A stretch of DNA of 64,000 nucleotides from Candidatus Multivoradales bacterium (GTDB lineage: Bacteria > Acidobacteriota > Thermoanaerobaculia > Multivoradales > J023), in NCBI GenBank assembly GCA_965248925.1, contig CBDFLE010000005.1:1408001-1472000 (forward strand), written 5' to 3'. Made by a program: the position numbers and the translations under genes. The notes under the pieces were generated by a model. It did not search any database. It saw nothing but the letters and a program-made list of their open reading frames with translations, and was not told the origin of the DNA. Below are positions 13,796-23,990 of the stretch, piece by piece. Position 1 is the stretch's first letter. The number at the start of each line of letters is the position of its first letter.

Positions 13796-14224
13796 ATGTC
13801 GATGCTGATCGGTGGTGAGTTCGAAGAAGATTCTCCGATGGCGGAGATCAACGTCACCCCCCTGGTGGATGTCATGCTAGTGCTGCTGATCATCTTCATG
13901 ATCACGGCACCGATGTTGCACCAGGGAGTGGAAGTCGCCCTACCTCGAACCGAGACGGCGGCGACTATCCAGCAGCGAGTCGACGACCCGCTGATTCTGA
14001 CCCTGCGCACCGACGGCCTGGTCTATATTCGCTCGCAGCCGGTGCATCCCTCCAAGCTGGTCGAGAGCCTGCAGCGGCTGCTCGCCGACCAGGCGGAGAA
14101 GCAGGTCTACATCAAGGGCGACCGCAATTTGCTCTATGGCGAGTTCATCCACATCATCGACCTGCTGCACCAGGGCGGCATCCTGCACATCGGCCTGGTC
14201 ACCGAGAAGATCATAAAGGGCTGA
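13796..14224 (+). CDS. tolR: TolR (ExbD/TolR family)
   Basis: EINVTPLVDVMLVLLIIFMITAP. Confidence 0.92.
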   Translation: MSMLIGGEFEEDSPMAEINVTPLVDVMLVLLIIFMITAPMLHQGVEVALPRTETAATIQQRVDDPLILTLRTDGLVYIRSQPVHPSKLVESLQRLLADQAEKQVYIKGDRNLLYGEFIHIIDLLHQGGILHIGLVTEKIIKG

Positions 14225-14233
14225 TAGAGCGAT

Positions 14234-14998
14234 ATGCCGAGTCCAGTCGATCAGGTGCTCGACGCCCGAATGCGTCTCTTCACCCCCCGCCAGCGAGGTC
14301 TGTTCGCCTTCACTTCGGCGGTGCTTCACGGCGCCTTGGTGATCGGCATTTGGCTCGGCCCCAGGCTGTCCGCCAAGCCCCCAGAGAAGCTGAATGTCGT
14401 CGCTATCGTGTCGATCCCAGCGAGCCGCCTGGGGCGGGAGACGCCGCCACCGCCGCCGCCCAAGAAGGTTGAAAAGCCGCGCCAGGAGGTGCCACCACCG
14501 ACGCCAGAAAAGCGCCAACAGCCGCCACCGGTCGACGACGACGTCCCGGTGCTAGCGAAAAAGAAGCCCAAGAAACAGGCCACCCCGCCAGCGCAAGAAC
14601 CGGCCAAGCCGGCGCCCGCACCGCCGCAAGAGCGCAAGATCCAACAACCGGCTCAGCGCCGTGGCACTGCTACCGGCAATCCCCTCGGCACCTCGGTGCA
14701 TAAGAATCGTCTCGGCGTGGAGGATCCCAACTTCACCTACGGCTACTACTTGGACCTGGTGGTGGCAGCATTGCGCGACACCTGGAATCGGCCGGCGGTG
14801 GGCAGCGAGTTCAAGCAAGCGATCATCCACCTGCGGATTCTGCGCGATGGCACTATCACTGAAGTACAGCTACTGGAATCCAGTGGCTCGCCGATCTACG
14901 ACCAAGCCGCGCTCAGAGCGGTGAATAACGCCACCCTGCCCCCTCTGCCGCGAGGTTACAAAGAGGATAACCTGGGTGCCAACGTAATCATCCGATGA
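14234..14998 (+). CDS. tolA: TolA/TonB-family energy transducer
   Basis: N-terminal helix with SAVLH, Pro/Lys-rich linker, TonB_C domain (SSGSPIYDQAALRAV); lies between tolR and tolB. Confidence 0.8.
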   Translation: MPSPVDQVLDARMRLFTPRQRGLFAFTSAVLHGALVIGIWLGPRLSAKPPEKLNVVAIVSIPASRLGRETPPPPPPKKVEKPRQEVPPPTPEKRQQPPPVDDDVPVLAKKKPKKQATPPAQEPAKPAPAPPQERKIQQPAQRRGTATGNPLGTSVHKNRLGVEDPNFTYGYYLDLVVAALRDTWNRPAVGSEFKQAIIHLRILRDGTITEVQLLESSGSPIYDQAALRAVNNATLPPLPRGYKEDNLGANVIIR

Positions 14999-16449
14999 AT
15001 CGATCCGCAGCTAGTTTCCCCACGCCGGGGCCCGCGGGCCCTTTCCGTCGATCAGCCAATGACGAGGCCATGAGCAAGCACTCCCACCCATCCGTTCATC
15101 ACCGGTCGCTCACGCGGTCGATCGCCCCTCTGACTCTCTTGGCCCTGCTGACCAGCGCGGCGCTAGCGCCGCTGCTGGCCCAGACAGCCGGCAACGGCAC
15201 TGATAGAACTGCTAGAGATGTCACCCTCCTGGTCGAAGATGGCATGCAGAAGCGCATTCCGATGGCCTTCCCGGCACCGGTGCTCGACCCGACCCTGAGT
15301 GGGGCGCTCGCCGAAGCAGCTCGTGAGGCCGCCGACACCCTGCGCGACGATCTCGAAGAAGCTCGGGTGTTCAACATTCAGGGACCGACCGAACTCTCGG
15401 TACTGCAGCTGACTGGCAACCGAACCCACGACTTCGAGCTCTACCACTCGCTCGGCAACGCCATTCTGCTCCTGGTCAAGCTGCTGCCGGACGGTGACAA
15501 GCTGGTCCTTGAGGGCCGCATGTACGACCTCCCCTCCGGCCAGTCGATCACCGGCAAGAGCTACCGTGGTCTGGTCGATCAAGCACGGCGGATCGCCCAC
15601 CGAGTAGCTGACGAGATTCACCTCCAATTCACCGGCAGACCGGGCATCGCCCAAACCACCGTCGTTTTCCATTCCGATCGCAGTGGCCACACCGAGCTGT
15701 TCCTGATGGACTACGACGGCCGCAACCAACGGCAGATCACCGGCCACCGGTCGACCAGCGTTTATGCCGAATGGAGCCCGATCGGCGACAGAATCGCCTA
15801 TTTATCCTACTTTTCCGGCAAGCCGGCAATCTACTACGTCGACCTCGCCACCAGCCAGAAAGTGCCGATCTACAACGGCGGCAGTCTGAGCCTGTCGCCG
15901 ACCTTCTCTCCCGAGGGACGGCGGGTGGCCTTCTCCCACACTGAGCGTGTCGACATGGACATCTTCGTTTGCGACCGCCCATGCACGAAACCCGTCCGGC
16001 TGACCAAATCGCGGGGAATCGACACCAACCCGTCGTGGAGTCCCAGCGGCCAGAAAATCGCTTTCACCTCCGACCGCTCCGGCCGTCCCAACATCTACTA
16101 CATGAATGCCGATGGCCGCCAAGTGCAGCGCCTCTCCTTTGACGGCGAGTACAACGACGGAGCAACCTGGCGCCCCGACGGTGCGCAGATCGCCTACGCC
16201 AGCCGTCGCCATGGCAAATTTCAGATCGTTACCACCGACCTGGTGGGACTGAAGACTCGAGTGTTGACCCATGGCACCCAGAATCACGAGAGCCCGAGCT
16301 ACTCACCCGACGGCCAGCGGATCGCTTTTACCATCCAGCGTAGCGGCCAGACCCAGGTCTACGTGATGGATCTCAACGGCGGGAACCGGCGCCAGCTGAC
16401 CCACGAAGGCAAGAATTTCGCCCCCGATTGGTCTCCCTACCCACGGTAA
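14995..16449 (+). CDS. tolB: Tol-Pal beta-propeller protein TolB
   Basis: AHRVADEIHLQFTGRPGIAQT, repeated PD40 WSP motifs; alternative start at 15070. Confidence 0.92.
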   Translation: MNRSAASFPTPGPAGPFRRSANDEAMSKHSHPSVHHRSLTRSIAPLTLLALLTSAALAPLLAQTAGNGTDRTARDVTLLVEDGMQKRIPMAFPAPVLDPTLSGALAEAAREAADTLRDDLEEARVFNIQGPTELSVLQLTGNRTHDFELYHSLGNAILLLVKLLPDGDKLVLEGRMYDLPSGQSITGKSYRGLVDQARRIAHRVADEIHLQFTGRPGIAQTTVVFHSDRSGHTELFLMDYDGRNQRQITGHRSTSVYAEWSPIGDRIAYLSYFSGKPAIYYVDLATSQKVPIYNGGSLSLSPTFSPEGRRVAFSHTERVDMDIFVCDRPCTKPVRLTKSRGIDTNPSWSPSGQKIAFTSDRSGRPNIYYMNADGRQVQRLSFDGEYNDGATWRPDGAQIAYASRRHGKFQIVTTDLVGLKTRVLTHGTQNHESPSYSPDGQRIAFTIQRSGQTQVYVMDLNGGNRRQLTHEGKNFAPDWSPYPR

Positions 16450-16602
16450 ACGGCGAAAGAACTCGGGACACGTTGGCTTGGCAGCACTCGGTGGTGTAGG
16501 GAAAGACCGCATCGAGGCTTGCTGCCAACCCCCGATCTCTGTTAGATTCAGCGTTGGTTCGAACTTTGCAAAGTCTTGAAAAAACGGAGGTCGGCGATAG
16601 CG

Positions 16603-17187
16603 ATGAAAGTGGATCGTAAGTGGGCGATTTTGATCACCCTAATCACCTGTCTAGTTCTTGTCGCGGCTTGCGGCGGCAATAAAGCCGACCCGGTTGTGAC
16701 ACCACCTCCGGCAGAGACCATGGTCTCGACGCCACCGGCCGATATCGAACCAACCCCTACCCCGGGCGCAGCTTCTGACCCGGTGGAAGAACCGCCGTCG
16801 ATGAGCATCCGGGATGCGCAAGAGCTTTTCGAAGGCCAAGGCTTGATCGGCGATGTCTTCTTCAGCCTCGATCAATATGATCTCGGAACCAACGCCCGCA
16901 ATCGCCTGGCGAAGAATGCCGAGTTCATGAAGAGCGAAAAAGGGCAAGACTTCACCTTCACTGTCGAGGGTCATTGCGACGAGCGCGGCACCAACGAGTA
17001 CAACATCGCCCTCGGCCAGCGCCGTGGTTCTGGTGCACTCGACTACTTGGTCAGCCTCGGCATCGACCGTGGCCGCTTCCGCGTGGTCAGCTTCGGTGAG
17101 GAGCGCCCCTTCTGCACGACGAGCAGCGATGCCTGCTGGCAGAAGAATCGCCGCGCCCGGTTCGTGATTACTGGCGGCAACGGCTGA
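16603..17187 (+). CDS. pal: Peptidoglycan-associated lipoprotein
   Basis: Lipobox VAAC; EGHCDERGTNEYNIALGQRR, SFGEERP, KNRRA. Confidence 0.92.
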   Translation: MKVDRKWAILITLITCLVLVAACGGNKADPVVTPPPAETMVSTPPADIEPTPTPGAASDPVEEPPSMSIRDAQELFEGQGLIGDVFFSLDQYDLGTNARNRLAKNAEFMKSEKGQDFTFTVEGHCDERGTNEYNIALGQRRGSGALDYLVSLGIDRGRFRVVSFGEERPFCTTSSDACWQKNRRARFVITGGNG

Positions 17188-17211
17188 TTCAACAACTGAT
17201 CGTGGATCGAG

Positions 17212-17240
17212 GTGGGCGGAGCTTGCTCCGTCCGCTTTCT
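17212..17240 (+). terminator. Possible terminator after pal
   Basis: GTGGGCGGAGC-tt-GCTCCGTCCGC followed by TTTCT. Confidence 0.5.
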
Positions 17241-17320
17241 TGCGTTCTCCCACCTGGGCACCTCTACTCACCTTCCCCTCAGTTCCCCGCCGCTGACTCC
17301 TCGTATCGGATCGCCGTAAG

Positions 17321-18139
17321 ATGATCGCCCTCGACTTGAGGCTCCTGCAGAAGCCACACCTCTGGTGCTTGATCTTGGTGCTACTGCTGACCGCCTGCAC
17401 CGCGTCCACCGAACTGCAAACCCTCGACGGTCATCTGACCGAATTGCAGGTCGAGATTCTCAAACTGCAGAAAGAAAACGCCGACAAGGCCAGCATCGAG
17501 CGGCTCGGTGAGCGGCTCAGCGGGCAACTCGACTTGTTGATCAAAGCACGGGCCGGCGCTGCGCTCGATTTGCGCGCGCTACAGGCCGGGATCGAACAGC
17601 TCGACGCCAAGCTCGAAGACACCAACTTTCGGCTCGCTCAGCTAAGCCAGGAAGTCACGGCCACCGGCCAGGAGCTGCGGGCATTGCGCCTTAGCCGTGA
17701 ACAGCGGTTTCAGCCTCCTCCAGCCCCAACACCCCAGACCATGGACCCGGCTGAGCCGCAGACCTTGTACGACAACGCCTACGCCGACTATCAACGCGGC
17801 AACTACGACCTGGCGATCCTCGGCTTTCTCAATTTCTTGGAAGTGATGGCCGACTCCGAGCAAGCCGACAATGCCACCTACTGGATCGGCGAGTGCTTCT
17901 ACCGGCAGCGCAAATTTCAGCAAGCGGTCGACCAATTCGACCAGGTGCTCACCCGTTTCACCGCCAGCGACCGGATGCCGAGTGCGCTGTTGAAAAAGGG
18001 CTACGCCTACCTCGAGCTCGGCCAAAGGTCGCAGGGGGTGGTGCAGTTGCAAAGCGTGGTCTGCGAGCATCAAGACACCGATGAAGCCCACCTGGCCCGG
18101 CAACGCTTGAGCGCCCTGGGGATTGACGTCGACTGCTGA
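17321..18139 (+). CDS. cpoB: Tol-Pal protein CpoB/YbgF
   Basis: Lipobox LTAC, coiled coil, TPRs (ADNATYWIGEC, ALLKKG); downstream of pal. Confidence 0.88.
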   Translation: MIALDLRLLQKPHLWCLILVLLLTACTASTELQTLDGHLTELQVEILKLQKENADKASIERLGERLSGQLDLLIKARAGAALDLRALQAGIEQLDAKLEDTNFRLAQLSQEVTATGQELRALRLSREQRFQPPPAPTPQTMDPAEPQTLYDNAYADYQRGNYDLAILGFLNFLEVMADSEQADNATYWIGECFYRQRKFQQAVDQFDQVLTRFTASDRMPSALLKKGYAYLELGQRSQGVVQLQSVVCEHQDTDEAHLARQRLSALGIDVDC

Positions 18140-18311
18140 ACATCTTAGACTCCGTCCTTCTGCGGCGGCGCGCTTATGCCCGCCGAAAAAGCTCGTCTCG
18201 GCCCGGCACCCTACTTCTCCGGCGAAGCACATTGTTTCGACAGGCCGCTCATCCACAAGCTGCCCGTGGGGTCCGCGTCAGTATCAACGAATTCGAGGTT
18301 CCGACTAGATC

Positions 18312-18578
18312 ATGGCCAACATAAAGTCAGCTAAGAAAAGAGCCCTGCAGGCGACGGTTCGTCAGCAGCGCAACCGCTCTTACCGCACGCGCATGCGTAC
18401 CGCCATCAAACGGCTGCGCAGCGCGGTCGCCGAAGGCGATCAGAAGACCGCCCAGAGCTTGCTCAACGGCACTTGCAGCATCATCGACTCAACGGCTCAG
18501 AAGGGCGTGATCCACGCCAACGTGGCAGCACGCACCAAGTCGCGGCTGACCCGCGCCGTCACCGCCCTGTCGGCCTGA
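18312..18578 (+). CDS. rpsT: 30S ribosomal protein S20
   Basis: MANIKSAKKR...KGVIHANVAARTKSRL. Confidence 0.97.
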   Translation: MANIKSAKKRALQATVRQQRNRSYRTRMRTAIKRLRSAVAEGDQKTAQSLLNGTCSIIDSTAQKGVIHANVAARTKSRLTRAVTALSA

Positions 18579-18683
18579 TCAGGTCGCGCCTAGGATTGGA
18601 GAGGCTGCAACAGCCTGAGGGCGCACAACCGTGCGCCCCATCGTAAAAACCGTCAGAAAAAATGGCCCAGAGGGGCGGCTGGC

Positions 18684-19232
18684 TTAGAAGCCTTCCAGGA
18701 GATCGGTCACTAGGGTTTCGGCAAAGCGCTCCGCAGTGTCCTCAATGGCCTGGGTCTCGCGGTCGAAGTCGCTCAGCCCGCCACCCTGCAATGGGTAGTC
18801 TTGGCGGAAGCTATAGCGCGAGTTGGACCAGATCACCTCGCCTTCGTCCTCGCCCGGCGCCGGCACCCGAGCGAACTCCATATCAGCCTTGATCTCGATT
18901 TCGAAGTTGTCCGCCAGGCCGTTGCTATCGAAGGAGATCGGCCTGAGCTTGAGGTTGATCACTTTGCCACGCAGGACAGCATCGGCTCCCGCCGCGCTAT
19001 TCACCAGGTCAAACCGGCGGCGGATGATCAACTCGTCGGAAATCGCCTGGGTGAGAATCTGCTCGATCTGAGATCGCTGGGTGCCATTCTCTAGCGACTC
19101 GACAAAGACCTGGCGAATATCTTCGGGCAGGTTGTTACCTCGCCCGACCAAGGCATAGCCACAGCCCCCCAGGGTCAATAGGCCACAGGCTAGTACCAGC
19201 ATCGCCACAACTCGGCGAGAGATGTTGATCAT
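18684..19232 (-). CDS. lptE: LPS assembly lipoprotein LptE family
   Basis: Lipobox LGGCGY; ADAVLRGKV; near rpsT. Confidence 0.8.
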   Translation of the reverse strand: MINISRRVVAMLVLACGLLTLGGCGYALVGRGNNLPEDIRQVFVESLENGTQRSQIEQILTQAISDELIIRRRFDLVNSAAGADAVLRGKVINLKLRPISFDSNGLADNFEIEIKADMEFARVPAPGEDEGEVIWSNSRYSFRQDYPLQGGGLSDFDRETQAIEDTAERFAETLVTDLLEGF

Positions 19233-20287
19233 GACTTCCTCCGTTTCGATGGATGATGACGGTCACCCTCAAGCGCCGCAATCGGTAGTAGCAGCGCCTT
19301 GTGAATTCGATCGGGCATTTCTACCGACCGCTCTACAACCGGGCGTCCCGGTAGCAGCAATCGCAGCAAATAGCTGCCCGGCTCAAGCCCCAGGAAGGTG
19401 GTGGCACCGTCGATCAGCTGATGGGAGCGGCGCGCTGAATCGCCTTCTAGGACGGCCAAGCCGCGACCTAGCCCCTCGATTTCGACTCGCAGGGCGCCCG
19501 CCAACTGCCGCGACGAATTGCGCCGCGCCCGCACCCCGGGTACCGCCGTGGGATAGAGATCGACCACCCGCAGGCGATCTTCGTGGGCGAGCAGCAAACC
19601 CGCCCCTGGACGATCGCCGAGCAGCTGCTCGCTGGCCAGGCGGACGTAGGTTGCCGGCACATAGTGATGGTAAGTCAGCGGGTCGCTGAAGACCCAGCCG
19701 CGGTCCCCCATATCGACTTCAATCCAGCGGTGATAACCGATCGGGATGCGGCCCGTTTCCGCGGCGACCACAAACCCGGCTACTTCACGAGCAGGAATCT
19801 CTACCGCTGTCAGCAAGGCCACGGTGAGCCTAGCCACGCCGGTGCAGTAGCCACTGCGGCGCTGGAGCACCGCCGCGGCATCTTGGGGCACCGCCCGGTC
19901 TAGCTGATAGTCGATGTTGCCCGCGATCCAACCCAGAATCCGCGACACCGCGGCATAGCGGGAGCGGCTGCCATGGGTTAATGCCAGAGCCAGGCGGTTC
20001 ACCGGAGCCCGAGGCTCGTCGAGCTTCGGAGTGACGAAGGACTCGCTGCTGTCGAGCGCTGAAACCGCAACCTCGATGGTGATTTCTCCAGCCGCCATCG
20101 ACAGGCGGTAGCCGGTATTTTGGTAGGGCTCTACCGATGCCTCCCGAGGAGGCAGAATTCGCGTCCGGTCCAGCCCCTCGACCGCCGCCCCGCCAGCCAG
20201 CAGCGGGGTGGCGCCGGCAACCAGCAACAACGCCACCAGGCCGACAACCAGCCCCTGACGGCCAACCCTTGGCTCAGCTATTCGCAC
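19229..20287 (-). CDS. Secreted transglutaminase-like domain protein
   Basis: Signal peptide; triad-like GYCTG, YHRWIEV, FSDP. Confidence 0.8.
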   Translation of the reverse strand: MRIAEPRVGRQGLVVGLVALLLVAGATPLLAGGAAVEGLDRTRILPPREASVEPYQNTGYRLSMAAGEITIEVAVSALDSSESFVTPKLDEPRAPVNRLALALTHGSRSRYAAVSRILGWIAGNIDYQLDRAVPQDAAAVLQRRSGYCTGVARLTVALLTAVEIPAREVAGFVVAAETGRIPIGYHRWIEVDMGDRGWVFSDPLTYHHYVPATYVRLASEQLLGDRPGAGLLLAHEDRLRVVDLYPTAVPGVRARRNSSRQLAGALRVEIEGLGRGLAVLEGDSARRSHQLIDGATTFLGLEPGSYLLRLLLPGRPVVERSVEMPDRIHKALLLPIAALEGDRHHPSKRRKS

Positions 20288-20293
20288 TTCTGC

Positions 20294-20767
20294 TCACTTA
20301 GCGGCACTCGCCCGGCGGGTGGTCTTCAAGACTCCATCGAGCAGTCCATTGACGAAACGCCCGGAGTTCTCAGAACCGAATTTCTTGGCCAACTCGATCG
20401 CTTCATCAAGAATCACTACTTTTGGCACGCTCTCATGGTGCAGCATCTCATAGACCGCCAATCGCAGCACGTTGCGATCGATGGCCGGCATCCGTTCCAA
20501 GCGCCAATTCTCAGCGTGACGGCGGATGAGCTGATCGAGATCTTCACGATTCGCTAAGGTTCCGCGAACCAACTTGCAGGCGTAGTCGAAGGCATCTCGC
20601 GCTTCGGCCAGGCGCCCTTTGGACTTGCCACTACCCTCTTCTTCGGTCTCGGCAACAAAGTCCTCGATATCGAAAGTAGCGAAGACCTGTTCCTCAGAAG
20701 CGCCACCGAGTTCCCCTTGATAGAGCATCTGGATCGCGATCTCACGCGCCGTGCTGCGCCTACCCAC
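20294..20767 (-). CDS. nusB: Transcription antitermination factor NusB
   Basis: RRSTAREIAIQMLYQ, DEAIELAKKFG, FVNGLLD. Confidence 0.95.
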   Translation of the reverse strand: MGRRSTAREIAIQMLYQGELGGASEEQVFATFDIEDFVAETEEEGSGKSKGRLAEARDAFDYACKLVRGTLANREDLDQLIRRHAENWRLERMPAIDRNVLRLAVYEMLHHESVPKVVILDEAIELAKKFGSENSGRFVNGLLDGVLKTTRRASAAK

Positions 20768-21371
20768 TGCCGCCTACCTGAAGAGACTGAGCAGCCAGGT
20801 GATCCAGGCGGGCTCGCAGATTGGTCATCGAGATCGCCGCTTCGGCGGCCTCCCAGCCTTTGTTGCCGACCTTGCCGCCGCAACGAGCCTTTGCCTGCTC
20901 GGCATTCTCGCAAGTCAGCAGACCAAAGCCAATCGGCCAGGAGTAATCCACGGAAATCTTGGCGATGCCGTGGCTGACCTCGGCACAAATGTAGTCAAAG
21001 TGCGCGGTTTCGCCGCGAATCACCAAACCCAAAGCCACCGCGGCATCGAAACTCTCGTCGGCGAGCTGGTCGAGCGCCAGAGGCAGCTCCCAAGCGCCTG
21101 GCACTCGGAAGAGCTGAATGTCGCCAGCGGCGGCGCCATGCTCGATCAAGCATTCGACGGCGCCTTCGACCAAGCGGTCGACCAGCGCGCCGTTGAAGCA
21201 GGAGGCGACGATCACGAAGCGCTTGCCGGCGGCCTGGAGCCCTCCTTCGACAACTTCGATGGCTGCCGGCAAGTTCAGCGGGCGGCCTGGCCCGAGGTGC
21301 TCCGGTGGGTGCCTTTCAGGCATTCTGCTGGGGTCCATAATCCGTGCTTCCGCCTCACCGCAGGCCGGCAA
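20760..21371 (-). CDS. ribH: 6,7-dimethyl-8-ribityllumazine synthase
   Basis: VPGAWELP, IRGETAHFDYIC, GNKGWEAA; true start probably downstream of 21371. Confidence 0.93.
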   Translation of the reverse strand: MPACGEAEARIMDPSRMPERHPPEHLGPGRPLNLPAAIEVVEGGLQAAGKRFVIVASCFNGALVDRLVEGAVECLIEHGAAAGDIQLFRVPGAWELPLALDQLADESFDAAVALGLVIRGETAHFDYICAEVSHGIAKISVDYSWPIGFGLLTCENAEQAKARCGGKVGNKGWEAAEAAISMTNLRARLDHLAAQSLQVGGSG

Positions 21372-21469
21372 TAGGCTCTAAGAACTGCGCCTAGGGGGGT
21401 TGTACAATGTCCGCAGCCGTTGGCTTGCTGGAGTTGCTCAGGTTGCCGGGGTTGTCCAATCAGGAGAAT

Positions 21470-21546
21470 TGGTCGGGACGGCGAGATTCGAACTCGCGAC
21501 CACCTGAACCCCATTCAGGTACGCTACCAGACTGCGCCACGTCCCG
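21470..21546 (-). tRNA. tRNA-Pro(GGG)
   Basis: CGGGACGTGGCGCAGTCTGGTAGCGTACCTGAATGGGGTTCAGGTGGTCGCGAGTTCGAATCTCGCCGTCCCGACCA; encoded CCA. Confidence 0.97.
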
Positions 21547-21611
21547 ACCGGTTCATTCTACACCGCAAGAGTTCGCCGGTCACCAACTTGCAGGGCATAG
21601 ATCAGAGCTTT

Positions 21612-22118
21612 TCAGGATGTTGTCGATCCAAATCGCTCTAGAATTTCGCGGGCTTGCCGAAGAGCGCTAGTCAGCCCGTCGCGCAATCGCACGAGCTGCT
21701 CACTGGCAACCTCCTCAGTGACCGAAGCAGAAATCGAGGCCGCACTCGCCGGAGTATCGGCGCCAGAATTGGCGCTGAGTTTGGTGCTGGTCTTCCTGTT
21801 CGACTTGACCTTGTAGGTAGAAGTTTTACTCGCCGCCGTCGACCCGGATCCGGGATCGCTGTCTTCACCCCCTGACCCGGCTTGGAGTTCAGCTTCAAGC
21901 TTCTTCTTGGCGCCAGCAATAGTGTAGCCCTCCTCATAGAGCAGGTCCTTGATCCGGCCGATGATCTCCAGCTCACGCTGGCTGTAGACCCGTTGGCCGG
22001 ACTTACTCTTGTCCGGATTGAGCAGCGGAAACTCGGTCTCCCAATAACGCAGCACGTAGGGCTGGATACCGAGCTTCTTGCAGGCTTCGCCGATTTTGAA
22101 ATAGAGCTTTTTCGCCAC
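21612..22118 (-). CDS. MerR-family HTH regulator
   Basis: [10 protein letters not shown]...[10 protein letters not shown]...GYTIAGAK; conserved ihf-merR-tRNA-Pro order. Confidence 0.9.
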   Translation of the reverse strand: MAKKLYFKIGEACKKLGIQPYVLRYWETEFPLLNPDKSKSGQRVYSQRELEIIGRIKDLLYEEGYTIAGAKKKLEAELQAGSGGEDSDPGSGSTAASKTSTYKVKSNRKTSTKLSANSGADTPASAASISASVTEEVASEQLVRLRDGLTSALRQAREILERFGSTTS

Positions 22119-22180
22119 GAGTCAGGGTCTCGAAGATCAGTTGGGCTCCCAGGCTTCGGCTGGGCGGGCCGCGGAGTGGA

Positions 22181-22507
22181 TCACTTGTCCTGGAATTCCT
22201 TGTCGGTGACCGTTTGCTTCAGTTTTCGGGCCGGCCGGAAACTGAGTCCCTTATGGGCCGGAATCTGGATGCGCTCACCGGTGGAGGGATCGACCCCGGT
22301 GCGGTCTTGACGGCTGGCCACCTCGAAAACGCCAAAGTTGCGAATCCGCACCGCGCGGCCATCCACCAATGACTCCTTGACGGTGTGGAAAATCGCCTCA
22401 ACCGCTCCAGCGGCTTCGTTCTTGGTCAGACCACCATGACGCCGATACACCGCATTGGTGAGATCGGATTTGGTCTTGCCGTGTTTCTTGATCAGCTTCC
22501 TGGCCAA
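22181..22507 (-). CDS. IHF/HU-family DNA-binding protein
   Basis: TKSDL, IRNFGVFEV, RTGVDPSTGERIQI, FRPARKLK. Confidence 0.9.
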   Translation of the reverse strand: MARKLIKKHGKTKSDLTNAVYRRHGGLTKNEAAGAVEAIFHTVKESLVDGRAVRIRNFGVFEVASRQDRTGVDPSTGERIQIPAHKGLSFRPARKLKQTVTDKEFQDK

Positions 22508-22616
22508 CTTGAGCCCTCAACACCTGCTTCCGAGACGATTCGTGCCCTACAGTATAGGCAACCGCGGGACCCCCGGCAAGACCCGAAGGCTATATTTGAT
22601 CTGACTTTAGCTGCCA

Positions 22617-23942
22617 CTAGCGGCGGCGGATCACCAAGCGTATGGGGATCCCAGCCAGGTCGAGTTCGGCTCGCACCCGATTCTCCAAATAGCGACGGTA
22701 GGTGTCCGATCGCTCCAGGGTACGATTGGCGAAGAGCATGAAAGTGGGCGGCGCGGTCGCCACCTGGGTGGCGTAGTACAGCCGCCACGGCCGGCCGCGA
22801 AGCTGCGGTGCTTGATGCAGTTGCGTAGCCCGCTCGAAGAGGCGATTGACCACGCTGGTTGTCAACTGCACGCGAAAGCGTTCGAGCGCCGCATCTACCG
22901 CCGGCATTAGCTTCTCAGCGTGGCGACCACTGGTTGCCGACATGTTGACCCGCGGCGGCCCCGACAGCAGCTCTTCGAGGCGCGGCCAGCTGTTGTCTAG
23001 ATTCTCTCGCGAAAGCTCATCGAGCAGATCCCACTTATTCAACACCACCACCACCGCCCGGCCGAGTTCCCAAGCCTGACCGGCGATCGTCATATCGCCG
23101 CTGGTCACGCCGCTCGCGGCGTCCACCACCAGGACCACTAAATCGGCCCGTTCCATCTGCCGGCGGGCAAACATCACCGCCAGGTCCTCGGCGGCACCGG
23201 TGACCTGGCTGCGACGGCGAATGCCGGCGGTGTCGATCAGCTTGTAGCGCCGATCACCGACTTCGAGCAAGGAGTCGATCGGATCGCGAGTGGTACCAGC
23301 GATCGGCGATACCAAGACTCGAGCCTTGCCCAATAGACGATTGACCAGAGACGACTTACCCACGTTAGGCCGACCGACAATGGCCACCGCGGGGACTTCG
23401 GGATCAGGCTCGATCTGCTGCGGTGCCGGCAGTTCTTCGCGCATCAGCTCGAAGAGCTCGGAGAAGCCACGGCCGTGCTCGGCCGAAACCAATACTTGCG
23501 GTCCAATACCGAGGCGGTAGAACTCCTCGAATCCCTCTTCCGCGGCCCGCGTATCTCCTTTGTTGACCACCAGCACCGCCGCCTTGCCACGCCGCCGCAG
23601 CTCTGCCCAGATCTTCTCGTCGGCCGCCACCAGACCTTCTCGCCCATCGACCACCAGCAGCAGCAAATCACTCTCGTCTACCGCCAGAAAAACCTGTTCT
23701 CCCAAACCCATAGGGTCGTCGCCCAGCACCAAGCCACCGGTGTCGACCAACTGTGCGGGCCATTCATCAGCCAGCTGAAAACGGCCCGCCAGCCGATCTC
23801 GAGTGACTCCGGGTTGGTCGTGGACAATCGCTTGACGGCGCCCCACCAGACGGTTGAAAAGTGTCGACTTGCCGACATTCGGTCGGCCGACGATAGAGAC
23901 AATGGGTAGAGGTTGCACGGTTAGACCTAAGGCTTTCGACAA
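22617..23942 (-). CDS. der: Ribosome biogenesis GTPase Der (EngA)
   Basis: Two GRPNVGKS P-loops, DTGG/DTAG, NKxD motifs, KH-like C-terminus. Confidence 0.95.
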   Translation of the reverse strand: MSKALGLTVQPLPIVSIVGRPNVGKSTLFNRLVGRRQAIVHDQPGVTRDRLAGRFQLADEWPAQLVDTGGLVLGDDPMGLGEQVFLAVDESDLLLLVVDGREGLVAADEKIWAELRRRGKAAVLVVNKGDTRAAEEGFEEFYRLGIGPQVLVSAEHGRGFSELFELMREELPAPQQIEPDPEVPAVAIVGRPNVGKSSLVNRLLGKARVLVSPIAGTTRDPIDSLLEVGDRRYKLIDTAGIRRRSQVTGAAEDLAVMFARRQMERADLVVLVVDAASGVTSGDMTIAGQAWELGRAVVVVLNKWDLLDELSRENLDNSWPRLEELLSGPPRVNMSATSGRHAEKLMPAVDAALERFRVQLTTSVVNRLFERATQLHQAPQLRGRPWRLYYATQVATAPPTFMLFANRTLERSDTYRRYLENRVRAELDLAGIPIRLVIRRR

Positions 23943-23990
23943 CGACGATGAGCTGGGTAAGCGAGTTGGGTGAGGGCCGACTGGGCAGAA

